Shown: one piece after another, positions 28,953 through 39,006 of the stretch
How positions within the stretch are numbered: the first letter of the stretch is position 1
How the letters are laid out: each line of letters begins with the position of its first letter
Source of the DNA: Candidatus Thalassarchaeaceae archaeon
GTDB taxonomy: Archaea; Thermoplasmatota; Poseidoniia; Poseidoniales; Thalassarchaeaceae
Reading direction: 5' to 3'
NCBI GenBank assembly: GCA_943841885.1
Contig: CALSZZ010000004.1
Location: 67,973 to 131,972, forward strand
DNA: 64,000 nt
Notes under the pieces: model-generated
Seen by the model: only the letters and a program-made list of their open reading frames with translations
Database searches by the model: none
Told to the model about the DNA's origin: nothing
Position numbers and translations under genes: made by a program

Positions 28953-30146
28953 TTACATTTTCTCTAAAATAGTGGCGATACCTTGACCACCGCCTATGCA
29001 CATCGTAGCAAGTGCATATTTCTCGTTATTCTTGTTCATTAATTGAGCAGCCTTGCCTGTAATTCTTGCTCCACTTGCTCCAAGAGGATGTCCTAAGGCT
29101 ATTGCACCTCCTTCAATATTAACTTTTGATTTGTCTAATCCTAATTCATCCATTACTGCAAGTGACTGGGCAGCAAACGCTTCATTAAGTTCAATAATAC
29201 CTATTTCACCTAAAGATAAGCCCGCTCTTTCTAAGGATTTACGTGTTGCTTCTACTGGTCCCATACCCATTATTTCTGGTGAGCATCCAGACACCGCTGT
29301 ACTTAATATTCTAGCAAGCGGTTTTAAATCATTATTTATTGCAAATTCTTCTGAGCAAATTAAAACAAAAGCAGCACCATCGGTAAGAGGTGATGATGTT
29401 CCAGCAGTAACAGAACCATTCGAGTCAAATGCAGGTTTCAATTTAGAGAGAGTCATAGAATCTGTATCAGATCTAATGCAACCATCTACTTCTATAATCC
29501 CTGATTCTGTATTTATTGGTATTATTTCATCAGTAAATGCACCTTTATCTCTTGAATTGGATGCTCTTTTTTGGCTTTCTATAGCAAATTCTTCCTGAGT
29601 AGTCCGATGGATTGAATACTTCTTTGCTAAGTTTTCTGCTGTGATGCCCATTGAGGTAAATGCTTCTGGGAATTCTATGCTAAGTTTAGGATTAGGCATA
29701 GGATTGAAGCCGGTCATCGGTATTCTAGTCATGGATTCTACGCCACCAGCAATAAAAGCCTGTCCTGCGCCCATAGATATTCGTCCAGCTGCATCATGTA
29801 TTGCCTGCATCGAAGAGCCACAAAATCTATTTATTGTTACGCCAGGTACACTTTCTGGTAAGTCGCTTAGAAATGTAATCATTCTTGCCACATTAAACCC
29901 CTGCTCTGCTTCAGGAAATGCTGTACCTACTATCAAATCTTCAATTAATGACGGGTCAATTCCTGTATTTTCTAACAATCCATTAACTACTGAAGTGGCT
30001 ATATCATCAGGTCTTGTTTTGGCTAGAGAGCCTTTTTTTGCTGGAGTGAAAGGTGAGCGTACATATCCAGCTATAACAGCCTTTGATTTGGTCGGTTGAA
30101 AATTATTCTTATTCATAGTTCTCCTCTCCGTACAGCACCGTATCAT
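28953..30146 (-). CDS. acetyl-CoA C-acyltransferase (thiolase)
   Basis: NRFCGSSMQAI (active-site Cys), NEAFAAQ, GHPLGASGARI and CIGGGQGIA are present. The likely start is MNKNNF at about 30116. Confidence 0.9.
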   Translation of the reverse strand: MIRCCTERRTMNKNNFQPTKSKAVIAGYVRSPFTPAKKGSLAKTRPDDIATSVVNGLLENTGIDPSLIEDLIVGTAFPEAEQGFNVARMITFLSDLPESVPGVTINRFCGSSMQAIHDAAGRISMGAGQAFIAGGVESMTRIPMTGFNPMPNPKLSIEFPEAFTSMGITAENLAKKYSIHRTTQEEFAIESQKRASNSRDKGAFTDEIIPINTESGIIEVDGCIRSDTDSMTLSKLKPAFDSNGSVTAGTSSPLTDGAAFVLICSEEFAINNDLKPLARILSTAVSGCSPEIMGMGPVEATRKSLERAGLSLGEIGIIELNEAFAAQSLAVMDELGLDKSKVNIEGGAIALGHPLGASGARITGKAAQLMNKNNEKYALATMCIGGGQGIATILEKM

Positions 30147-30197
30147 TTTTAATACATAAATAAAATAGTGAACTTGATTACAACATGTTATAATAAT

Positions 30198-30210
30198 TAC
30201 ACTAAGTGTA
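30198..30210. promoter_or_regulatory. inverted repeat TACACT-A-AGTGTA in the divergent thiolase/MMPL intergenic region
   Basis: The 6+1+6 palindrome was read directly. It lies between the divergently transcribed beta-oxidation operon and the MMPL transporter gene. Confidence 0.3.
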
Positions 30211-30261
30211 TTATTTACATTAAGATTAAACTATCTAATAGATATTTGAAATACCTCCCTC

Positions 30262-32610
30262 TTGCGGGGCAAAGGCATGGAAGGAAGTACTGACCCAGAT
30301 ATCTTAAAAGATCGTCTATATTTTAAGATTGGAATATTTGTATATGATAATGCAAAAGTAGTTTTGGTACTGACTATTCTCTTGTGTGCTAGTCTTGCTA
30401 GTTTGGCAATAAACTTAGAACCTAAATATGTCGAAGGTTATGGAGAAGGTGATTTAGAATCAGTACATGGATGGAATGCAATAACTTTGGGCTTTAGTTC
30501 AGAAGAGGATGGCGTTCAGGAAACATTCTATGTTTTATTTCATCACCCCGGTGTAAATTCAAGTAACCAAGACGTTAAAGATGCAATGAAAGAAACTATA
30601 GATGTTTTTACAGGCATAAATACAGTTGTTCTTCATTATCCATGGTTAACAAATGATGCTAATCAGTCTGAACTAATTAGTACCGTAGATAGTTCCTGGT
30701 CTAGAATTAAAGTTCAAATAAATTTAGATAGAGAAAATGCTAAAATTCTCTTGAAAGATACGATAGATGAAATTATCTTGCCAGAATCGGCACCATTTGG
30801 AATGGAAAAATGGGTTACAGGTAATCTAGCCATCGACGTCACATTTGATCTTACTTTAGAGAAAGAATTAATTGAGGCAGAAATGATATCTGCACCTTTA
30901 ACGTTAATCATTTTACTATTTGTATTTGGTAGTTTAGTAGCCGCTGGATTACCAGTATTGACTGGAATATATACTGTGATTGCTGCTATAGGAATAGTCA
31001 CCGGTTTAACTTATATTTTTGATGATATTACGATATATGCAAATAATATTGTTTCTCTTCTTGGAATTGGACTTAGTGTTGACTATTCGCTATTTATTGT
31101 TAATAGATTTAGAGAAGAGTTGGAAAGAGGTCGCGATAGGAAAACTGCTATCGCAATGACGAGTGCGACTGCGGGAAGAGCAATATTTTTCTCAGGTATG
31201 ACTGTAATATCTGGATTGATGGGGATGTTATTTTTTGATAATACAGGTTTGCCATCCCTAGGTTGGGGAGGTATTTGTGCGACATTTGTAGCACTTACCT
31301 CTTCTATAGTACTTCTACCTGCTATATTATCTCTACTCGGAAATAAAGTCAATGCATTGAAGGTGCCATTTTCGAATACAAATTCTGTTTCTGAAAGTGG
31401 TTTTTGGACTTGGGTAGCAAATAATGTAATGAAACGCCCTTTTGCGGTTCTAATACCATCAGTGATCGTATTAATGCTTGCAGGTTCACCATTTTTAGGT
31501 GCAGAGTGGGGAATTACAACATGGAAAGCACTTAGTCCTGATGACGAAGCAAGAAATGGTATGGAAATAACAGACGAAAGATGGCCAGAAGATATTGCAA
31601 ATACTGTTCAAATAGTATTTGAAACAGTAGATAATACCGATCCGTTTTCTGAGGAAAACATAAGAAATTTGCATGCTTTTTCTAACGAAATAAACCAAAT
31701 TGAAAAAACTAACTATGTTTATAATTATGCATATTTTGATACAAATTTTTCTTTAGAGGATGTAATAAGTTTTTGGGATGAGACAAATGATAATCTCCTT
31801 AGCGAAGATGAAAAGATAATGTTGGACTTACAAAGAGAATTTCATAGAACCAGTTCGATAGGTAACAATGGAGTTATTGTGGTCCATGTCGGAATAGACG
31901 GAGATCAAGCTAGTGAAAGTTCAAGAAATGTAGTAAAAGAGATAAGAAATCTGGATTCTAAATCATCTCAATTTGGAGGTACTGCTGTTGTAAATGTAGC
32001 AGGTTTAGCCGCATATAATCAAGATGTTTTGGATGCTGTAGTTGAAAATATGCCAATAGCAATAGGATTTATTTTGATATCTAGTTATATTCTAATATTC
32101 TTACAGGTTAGATCAATAATTCTACCATTTAAGGCGCTTATAATGAATATTTTATCAGTTACAGCATCTTTTGGTGTTTTGGTTTGGATTTTTCAAGAAG
32201 GTAATGGATCTGAATTATTAAATTTCACACCACAACCTATAGATCCAACTACACCGGTGATGATTTTTGCGATTCTTTTTGGCTTAAGTATGGATTATGA
32301 AGTCTTAATGCTATCTAGAATTCATGAAGAATGGGAAAGAACAGAAGATAATACTCAAGCAGTTGCTGTTGGGCTGCAAAAGAGTGGCAGAATTATTACA
32401 TCTGCAGCCTTAGTAATGATAACAGTATTTTCGGCCTTTGGACTTTCTTCTGTCGCATTAATGAAACAATTCGGTTTCATGTTAGCCTTAGGAGTTGCAG
32501 TAGATGCTACCATCGTTCGTGCATTGGTAGTTCCTTCAACGATGCGGTTAATGGGAAATCTAAATTGGTGGGCACCTTCATGGTTACAAAATGATTCAAA
32601 AAAACCTTAA
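30262..32610 (+). CDS. MMPL/RND-superfamily membrane transporter
   Basis: Two 6-TM bundles with the MMPL signatures GLSVDYSLFIVNRFREEL and GLSMDYEVLMLSRIHEEW, and large extracytoplasmic loops. The likely start is ATG 30277. Confidence 0.8.
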   Translation: MRGKGMEGSTDPDILKDRLYFKIGIFVYDNAKVVLVLTILLCASLASLAINLEPKYVEGYGEGDLESVHGWNAITLGFSSEEDGVQETFYVLFHHPGVNSSNQDVKDAMKETIDVFTGINTVVLHYPWLTNDANQSELISTVDSSWSRIKVQINLDRENAKILLKDTIDEIILPESAPFGMEKWVTGNLAIDVTFDLTLEKELIEAEMISAPLTLIILLFVFGSLVAAGLPVLTGIYTVIAAIGIVTGLTYIFDDITIYANNIVSLLGIGLSVDYSLFIVNRFREELERGRDRKTAIAMTSATAGRAIFFSGMTVISGLMGMLFFDNTGLPSLGWGGICATFVALTSSIVLLPAILSLLGNKVNALKVPFSNTNSVSESGFWTWVANNVMKRPFAVLIPSVIVLMLAGSPFLGAEWGITTWKALSPDDEARNGMEITDERWPEDIANTVQIVFETVDNTDPFSEENIRNLHAFSNEINQIEKTNYVYNYAYFDTNFSLEDVISFWDETNDNLLSEDEKIMLDLQREFHRTSSIGNNGVIVVHVGIDGDQASESSRNVVKEIRNLDSKSSQFGGTAVVNVAGLAAYNQDVLDAVVENMPIAIGFILISSYILIFLQVRSIILPFKALIMNILSVTASFGVLVWIFQEGNGSELLNFTPQPIDPTTPVMIFAILFGLSMDYEVLMLSRIHEEWERTEDNTQAVAVGLQKSGRIITSAALVMITVFSAFGLSSVALMKQFGFMLALGVAVDATIVRALVVPSTMRLMGNLNWWAPSWLQNDSKKP

Positions 32611-32632
32611 AGTTTCAATAATTATTTTTATA

Positions 32633-33910
32633 TTACATGTGTGTTATTATCGCACGCCCGAAAGAGGAGCATGAGAGTAATGTAGCATCGTCCATCAATC
32701 TTTCAAAATCATATGTCACAGTTTTAGCAGAAATTGCGCCTTCCATACCTTTGACTATCAAATCTGCGGCTTCATTCCAACCCATATGGCGAAGCATCAT
32801 TTCGGCAGATAAAATTAATGATCCTGGATTAACCTTATCCTGACCAGTATATTTCGGGGCTGTACCATGAGTTGCCTCAAAAATTGAAATCCCAGTGTCA
32901 TAGTTAATGTTTGCACCTGGGGCAATTCCTATCCCGCCTACTTGTGCTGCTAAAGCATCGGAAATATAGTCACCATTAAGATTCATAGTGGTCAAAACAC
33001 CATATTCTCTCGGGCGTGTTAAAATTTGCTGAAGCATCGCGTCTGCAATTACGTCTTTGATAATAATTTGATTACCTGTTTTTGGGTTCTTTAAGCTACA
33101 CCATGGGCCCCCGTCTATTTCTATGGCCCCATACTCTTCTTTGGCTAAACCATATCCCCAATCTCTAAACCCGCCTTCTGTAAATTTCATTATATTACCT
33201 TTGTGAACTATAGTAACAGTATCTTTATCTTGATTGATTGCATAGTTAATTGCTGCTCTAACTATCCTAGAGGTTCCTTCTTTACTAATCGGTTTTATTC
33301 CTATTCCACTAGTTTCTGGAAATCTTATTTTATCTACGCCCATTTTTTCTTGTAAGAAATGTATTACCTTTCTAACTTCTGAACTTCCAGCTTCCCATTC
33401 TATTCCGGCATATACGTCTTCACTATTTTCACGAAAAATAATCATATCAACATCTTCAGGAGCCTTCACGGGGCTTGGTGTACCTGCATACCATCTAACT
33501 GGCCTAATACACGCAAAAAGATCTAATTTTTGTCGTAGTGCAACGTTTAGACTTCTAATTCCTCCCCCGACAGGTGTTGTGAGTGGCCCTTTTATTGAAA
33601 CTAACCCTGATCTCATTGCTTCTAATGTTTCTTCTGGAAGCCATTCTCCAGTCTTATCAAATGCCTTTTGTCCTGCTAAAACTTCATGCCAATATATCTT
33701 TTTTGAAGTTAAATATGCCTTTTCTACTGCTGCATTAACCACATTAATCATTACAGGAGTAATGTCTATACCTATTCCGTCGCCTTCGATATAATGAATA
33801 ATCGGAGTATCGGGAATTGATAGTTTTCCATCTTGCATAGTAACTTTAAGTCCCTCTGTCATATATCTCATATAGCCCACAAGCCGGTCATTGAAGAAGC
33901 CAACCCTCAT
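32633..33910 (-). CDS. icd: isocitrate dehydrogenase (NADP)
   Basis: [64 protein letters not shown] and [10 protein letters not shown] are present. The likely start is MTEGLKV at about 33862. Confidence 0.9.
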   Translation of the reverse strand: MRVGFFNDRLVGYMRYMTEGLKVTMQDGKLSIPDTPIIHYIEGDGIGIDITPVMINVVNAAVEKAYLTSKKIYWHEVLAGQKAFDKTGEWLPEETLEAMRSGLVSIKGPLTTPVGGGIRSLNVALRQKLDLFACIRPVRWYAGTPSPVKAPEDVDMIIFRENSEDVYAGIEWEAGSSEVRKVIHFLQEKMGVDKIRFPETSGIGIKPISKEGTSRIVRAAINYAINQDKDTVTIVHKGNIMKFTEGGFRDWGYGLAKEEYGAIEIDGGPWCSLKNPKTGNQIIIKDVIADAMLQQILTRPREYGVLTTMNLNGDYISDALAAQVGGIGIAPGANINYDTGISIFEATHGTAPKYTGQDKVNPGSLILSAEMMLRHMGWNEAADLIVKGMEGAISAKTVTYDFERLMDDATLLSCSSFGRAIITHM

Positions 33911-33935
33911 GGCCTAGTTTATACTGGCTATAATT

Positions 33936-34331
33936 ATGAGAGGAATGGTCCGGTGGGTAGAAGGTCAAACAATGGAAGGTATTACCGAAGGAGGCAAGAA
34001 ATTTGGAATATATGGAGAAGAATATCCAAGTCCCATGGAAATGCTATTACACGCTCATGCTGCTTGTTCATTCGTTGATGTCATAGGTGGACTAAAGGAA
34101 CGTATGAAAAATGTGAACGCTGCATGGATAGAAATAGAAGGTGAAAGGAGAGTTGAGTCCCCTAGGGTCTTTACTAATATTCATATGAAATATGTAATTA
34201 AAGGGAATGTTGCAGAAGAACTAGTTAGGAGAATAATAGAATATAGCCATGAAAAGCTCTGTTCTGTTGGCATAATGATGACAGGTTATGGGGTAAAGTT
34301 GACCTGGGATTTAAAAATTGACAAAATTTAA
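33936..34331 (+). CDS. OsmC/Ohr-family protein
   Basis: 131 aa. PSPMEMLLHAHAACSFVDVIGGL and EKLCSVG are the two Cys-containing OsmC motifs. Confidence 0.7.
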   Translation: MRGMVRWVEGQTMEGITEGGKKFGIYGEEYPSPMEMLLHAHAACSFVDVIGGLKERMKNVNAAWIEIEGERRVESPRVFTNIHMKYVIKGNVAEELVRRIIEYSHEKLCSVGIMMTGYGVKLTWDLKIDKI

Positions 34332-34485
34332 TTCGGCGCACTTGGAAAAGTAAGAAAAATATCAATAATGGCACAATTTAGACTATGTTCTTCCTCAATC
34401 ATTAAACACCCTCTATCAGGAAGACAAAACCCCGCACGTGGGGCAATGTAGAAATCACACATTCGGATATTAGGAGGAGTACATA

Positions 34486-37400
34486 ATGCAGTCAAAAATA
34501 AAAAAGGTCAATTCAAACTCAAAAGAAGAAAGTGGAATGATAATTGAAAGAAGATTTACTGCAGCAGGAGAAGATCCTTTTGGCTCATTTAATTGGATTG
34601 AGATGGATGTAGAAATTAGAAATCCTGATGGTTCTATGGCTGAATCTATTCAAGGAGTCAAACTTCCTTCAGGTTTTTCGGGAGTACCTGGAAAAGTTCT
34701 AGCACAGAAGTATTTGCGTAAGGCTGGTGTCCCTCTATATTTACGAAAAGTGTCTGAGGATGATGTGCCGGTATGGCTTCAAAGAAGTGAACCAGATTAT
34801 GAAAAACTGCAAACTGTAGATAAAGAAAAAAGAATGGGCGGAGAAACTGATGGAAGAGATTTGTTTAGGAGACTTGCAGGGACATGGACTTACTGGGGAT
34901 GGAAATATGGATATTTTGCAAGTGAAGCAGATGCTCTAGCATACTTTGATGAAATGTGTTATCTAATAGCAAGTCAAAGATCGGCACCAAATAGCCCTCA
35001 ATGGTTCAATACTGGACTACATTGGGCATACGGAATAGAAGGTCCGGCCCAAGGGCATCACTACATTGATCCTACAACAGGAGAGTTGTGTTTATCTTCC
35101 AATGCTTATGAACATCCTCAACCTCATGCTTGTTTTATTCAATCTGTGTCCGATGAATTAGTAGGAGGTACGGGTTCGATTATGGGATTATGGAATAGAG
35201 AGGCTTTACTTTTCAAATATGGTTCGGGAACTGGTTCTAACTTTTCTAGCATAAGGGGAAGGGATGAGCCTCTTTCTGGGGGAGGTAAGTCTTCTGGATT
35301 ACTATCTTTCCTAAAAATAGGAGATAGGGCGGCTGGTGCTATAAAATCTGGAGGGACAACGCGTAGAGCAGCAAAAATGGTGACTCTTGACCTCGACCAT
35401 CCCGATATTGAAGAATATATTGATTGGAAAGCTAGTGAAGAAGAAAAGGTATCTGCTCTTGTAATTGGTAGTAACATATTACAAAAGCATGCCAATACTA
35501 TTATGGGAAAGATTTGGGAACATGATGATGATTCCACAAGATTTAATCAAAATACAAATTTATCTCTAAGAAAAGCTATGGTCCAAGCAATAAAGGATAG
35601 TGTTCCTCAACCACATATTCAAAGAATTATTGATTTAGCTAAGCAAGGATGGAGGGGTGTTGATTTTGATGTTCTAGATACTGATTGGCAAGGTGAAGCA
35701 TATATGACTGTGTCAGGCCAAAATAGTAATAATTCTGTTAGAGTTCCTAATGAGTTTATGGAAGCGGTAGAAAATAAAGGACCTTGGAACCTTTATTACA
35801 GAACTGAATTGGATAAAGCCAGTGAAGAAGGACGTAAACCAGAGCCTTGTAAAATATTAGATGCAGGAGAATTATGGGATAAAGTAGCATATACTGCATG
35901 GGCATGTGCAGACCCTGGCGTACAATTTGATACAACAATTAACGAATGGCACACGTGTCCAGAAGGAGGTAAAATAAATGGTTCCAATCCTTGTTCTGAA
36001 TATATGTTCCTTGATGATACAGCCTGTAATTTAGCAAGTATAAATCTCTTAAAATACTATAATATGGGAACTCAATCTTTCAATATTGAAGATTTTCGTC
36101 ATAGTGTTCGTCTTTGGACTGCAACATTAGAAGTTAGTGTCTTGATGGCACAATTCCCTTCTGCTGAAATTGCTCAAAGATCTTATGATTATCGAACACT
36201 GGGCTTAGGATATTGCAATATTGGATCGTTACTGATGCACATGGGAATACCATATGATGATGAAAGAGGTTATGCTATTTGTGGAGCAATGACTGCAATC
36301 ATGTGTGGAGAATCATATGCTACTAGTGCAGAGATGGCATCTATACTAGGCCCTTATCCAGATTATGACAGAAATAGAGAACACATGCTCAGAGTTATGC
36401 GTAATCATCGAAGAGCTGCTTATGGTACAGATGATGGAGAATATGAAGGATTATCTGTTAGGCCAATGAGTATAGATGCCAAAAAATGCCCTAAAGATCT
36501 ATTAGAGGCTGCGCGTAATGCATGGGACATTGCGTTGAGAGAAGGTGAAGAGCATGGATACAGAAATGCACAAACGACTGTAATTGCTCCTACAGGGACA
36601 ATAGGACTAGTGATGGGTGCAGATACAACTGGCGTAGAACCACAATTTTCTTTAGTTCAGTATAAAACTTTAGCTGGAGGAGGTTCGCTCAGAATTGTAA
36701 ATAGTGGAGTGCCAAATGCATTGAAAAGGCTTGGTTATAATGATAAAGAAACGAAGGAAATTGAAGAGTATATTACGGGTACTAAAACCTTGAGCAATTG
36801 CCCTCATCTTTCTGCGCAAAAATTGACTAAAATAGGATTGGATTCGGTCACAATAAAAAGATTGGAGGATAGTTTTAGTGATGTATTCGATATCCGTTCT
36901 GCTTTCTCTCCAACGATATTGGGCGAAAATGCTTGTAAGAAAGTCCTAGGGATGAGTCAAGAAAATTATGATGACCCATTCTTTGATGTATTATCTCATA
37001 TAGGCTTATCATCCGATGAAATTGATACAGCTAACGATTATGTATTTGGTTATAATATGATAGAGGGTGCTCCAGGTCTAAAACAAGAACATTTGGCAGT
37101 CTTTGATTGTGCAACTCCTTGTGGTAAATACGGTAAAAGATCTATTGATTGGAAAGCTCATGTGATGATGATGGCCGCTGCACAGCCATTTATCTCTGGA
37201 GCAATATCTAAAACAATTAATATGCCTTCTAATTCAACAGTAAGCGAAATAAGAGATGCGTATGACTTAAGTCATTCTACAATGAATAAAGCTTGTGCGG
37301 TTTACAGAGATTGTTCTAAACTGTCTCAGCCCCTAATGAATCAATTGGTTGACTCCAATGCGATGGATGAAGATGAAGAAGTTGAAGAATTACTAGTTAC

Positions 37401-38127
37401 AAAGATGGTTGAAGAGGTAGTCAATGTGCTGCCTTTACCAGAAACTGAAGCAAAACCTGTAGCACAATCAATAGTTAATTATATTGCTACAAGAAGACAA
37501 CTTCCCAACAAAAAGAAGGGAGATAATATAAAAGCCCGTATCGGAGGACATAGTGTTCGTTTAATTACAGGAGAATATCCCGACGGTGCACTTGGAGAAA
37601 TCATACTAGTAACCTCCAAAGAAGGTGCTGCATGGAGAGCTATGTTGAATCAATTTGCAATAGCAGTTTCTATTGGATTGCAGCATGGAGTGCCACTTGA
37701 AGCCTTTGTGAAAGTATTTACTTTTCAAAAATTCGAACCAAGTGGAATGGTTGAAGGTGGCAGTGGTCGAGTCAAAATGACTTCTAGTTTAGTAGATTGG
37801 ATATTTAGAGAATTAGCAATTGAGTATGCCGGTAGAGATGATTTAGCTCATGTTGCTGTAGAAGAGTCGGATTTTGATCCTTACTCAATTAGTAAACCCG
37901 AAATGAGTGATGTTGGATTAGTAAGAAATCAAGGTGAAAAGAGAGAGGTTCAGTATACTTTAGATTCAGTATCAAATCTAGAAGATATTGACATGAGAGA
38001 ACGAAGAATAGCAAGAGAAAGAGGGTATACCGGAGATATATGTGCCTCTTGTGGTAGTAGTCAAATGCGTCGTAATGGAACCTGTCTCAAGTGTGATGCT
38101 TGTGGTGAAACTACTGGCTGCTCTTAA
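34486..38127 (+). CDS. nrdJ: adenosylcobalamin-dependent ribonucleotide reductase (class II)
   Basis: GSNPCSEYMFLDDTACNLASINL (thiyl-radical loop), GGGKSSGL, and the C-terminal redox tail CASCGSSQMRRNGTCLKCDACGETTGCS. An AGGAGG sits 7-12 nt upstream of the ATG. Confidence 0.9.
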   Translation: MQSKIKKVNSNSKEESGMIIERRFTAAGEDPFGSFNWIEMDVEIRNPDGSMAESIQGVKLPSGFSGVPGKVLAQKYLRKAGVPLYLRKVSEDDVPVWLQRSEPDYEKLQTVDKEKRMGGETDGRDLFRRLAGTWTYWGWKYGYFASEADALAYFDEMCYLIASQRSAPNSPQWFNTGLHWAYGIEGPAQGHHYIDPTTGELCLSSNAYEHPQPHACFIQSVSDELVGGTGSIMGLWNREALLFKYGSGTGSNFSSIRGRDEPLSGGGKSSGLLSFLKIGDRAAGAIKSGGTTRRAAKMVTLDLDHPDIEEYIDWKASEEEKVSALVIGSNILQKHANTIMGKIWEHDDDSTRFNQNTNLSLRKAMVQAIKDSVPQPHIQRIIDLAKQGWRGVDFDVLDTDWQGEAYMTVSGQNSNNSVRVPNEFMEAVENKGPWNLYYRTELDKASEEGRKPEPCKILDAGELWDKVAYTAWACADPGVQFDTTINEWHTCPEGGKINGSNPCSEYMFLDDTACNLASINLLKYYNMGTQSFNIEDFRHSVRLWTATLEVSVLMAQFPSAEIAQRSYDYRTLGLGYCNIGSLLMHMGIPYDDERGYAICGAMTAIMCGESYATSAEMASILGPYPDYDRNREHMLRVMRNHRRAAYGTDDGEYEGLSVRPMSIDAKKCPKDLLEAARNAWDIALREGEEHGYRNAQTTVIAPTGTIGLVMGADTTGVEPQFSLVQYKTLAGGGSLRIVNSGVPNALKRLGYNDKETKEIEEYITGTKTLSNCPHLSAQKLTKIGLDSVTIKRLEDSFSDVFDIRSAFSPTILGENACKKVLGMSQENYDDPFFDVLSHIGLSSDEIDTANDYVFGYNMIEGAPGLKQEHLAVFDCATPCGKYGKRSIDWKAHVMMMAAAQPFISGAISKTINMPSNSTVSEIRDAYDLSHSTMNKACAVYRDCSKLSQPLMNQLVDSNAMDEDEEVEELLVTKMVEEVVNVLPLPETEAKPVAQSIVNYIATRRQLPNKKKGDNIKARIGGHSVRLITGEYPDGALGEIILVTSKEGAAWRAMLNQFAIAVSIGLQHGVPLEAFVKVFTFQKFEPSGMVEGGSGRVKMTSSLVDWIFRELAIEYAGRDDLAHVAVEESDFDPYSISKPEMSDVGLVRNQGEKREVQYTLDSVSNLEDIDMRERRIARERGYTGDICASCGSSQMRRNGTCLKCDACGETTGCS

Positions 38128-38181
38128 AATCAACAATATACCTGTACATATCTAAATAAGATAGGATATCTACAGACATAT

Positions 38182-39006
38182 ATGGCTAAAGGTGTGGATG
38201 TAGTAATCCCTACATTTCGTAGACCAGAGGCTTTGGAAAGATGTTTAGAATCATTGAAAAAACAAACTGTTGCCCCGCAATCGATTGAAGTTATTGATGA
38301 TTCTGATACTGATTTGGGACCTTCAATAACTAGAAATAAAGGATGGAAAAAAGGTAGTGCAGATATTGTAGCATTCATGGATGATGACTGTGTTGCATCC
38401 CCTAATTGGATTGAAACAATATTAAAAATATTTGAAAATAATGATATTGGAGGAATAGAGGGGGCGATTACTACAGAAGATGAGATTGGGAATATAATTC
38501 CATTTAATCCACCTAATCGATTCAAGTGGGATCGTTATAAAACTGCTAATCTAATAATAAAAAGAGAGGCCTTAGAAAAGGTAGATGGTTTTGATGAGAG
38601 ATACCATTTACACAGAGAAGATACAAATTTGGCATGGAAAGTTATAGATGCAGGATACCCCATAAAATGGTCTTCTGAATGTCTGATGCACCATCCTGAA
38701 CCATTAGGTTCAATGGGTAGTTATGCACCATATCCCAGATCGGAGCAGTTACTTTACAGGTGCAATCCAAAAAAATATGTAGAAAGTGCGGCTGGAATGA
38801 TTTCTAGAGGGAGCATAATGAGTGGGGATTTGTGGCAGCTTCAAAGAAATTTAAAGAAAAATCAATCTCCTAATAATGTTAAACCGCTTACTAGGTTTGA
38901 GTCATGGACATTATGGACTAGAGCATGGCTTTTAGCCATATTTTGGTTAGTGAGGAAAAATTCTTTTGGTGAGCCTAATAATGTTGCAAAAGAATTGAGA
39001 TTATAA
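38182..39006 (+). CDS. family 2 glycosyltransferase
   Basis: VDVVIPTFRRPEALERCLESLKKQT and AFMDDDC (DxD) are present. Confidence 0.8.
   Translation: MAKGVDVVIPTFRRPEALERCLESLKKQTVAPQSIEVIDDSDTDLGPSITRNKGWKKGSADIVAFMDDDCVASPNWIETILKIFENNDIGGIEGAITTEDEIGNIIPFNPPNRFKWDRYKTANLIIKREALEKVDGFDERYHLHREDTNLAWKVIDAGYPIKWSSECLMHHPEPLGSMGSYAPYPRSEQLLYRCNPKKYVESAAGMISRGSIMSGDLWQLQRNLKKNQSPNNVKPLTRFESWTLWTRAWLLAIFWLVRKNSFGEPNNVAKELRL

Noticed and set aside
29053-30099. Two long plus-strand ORFs (181 and 152 aa) antisense to the thiolase gene
   Set aside because: The thiolase frame carries all catalytic motifs. The antisense frames are Ala/Ser/Pro-rich mirror products typical of shadow ORFs.
33833-34078. 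81-aa plus-strand ORF overlapping the icd start and the OsmC gene
   Set aside because: It is out of frame with the convincing OsmC-like ORF. Its basic, repetitive composition (RR/YY runs) suggests it is non-coding.
34332-34485. Cobalamin riboswitch upstream of nrdJ
   Set aside because: I could find no B12-box (GCCACTG-like core), and the region is too short and AT-rich for the multi-helix aptamer. I kept it only as a low-interest note on a long leader.
34486-38127. Intein in the 1213-aa ribonucleotide reductase
   Set aside because: The catalytic loop NPCSEYMFLDDTACNLASINL and the other conserved blocks are contiguous. I saw no intein splice-junction blocks (a Cys/Ser start with a terminal HN followed by C/S/T). 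The length fits long class II RNRs.
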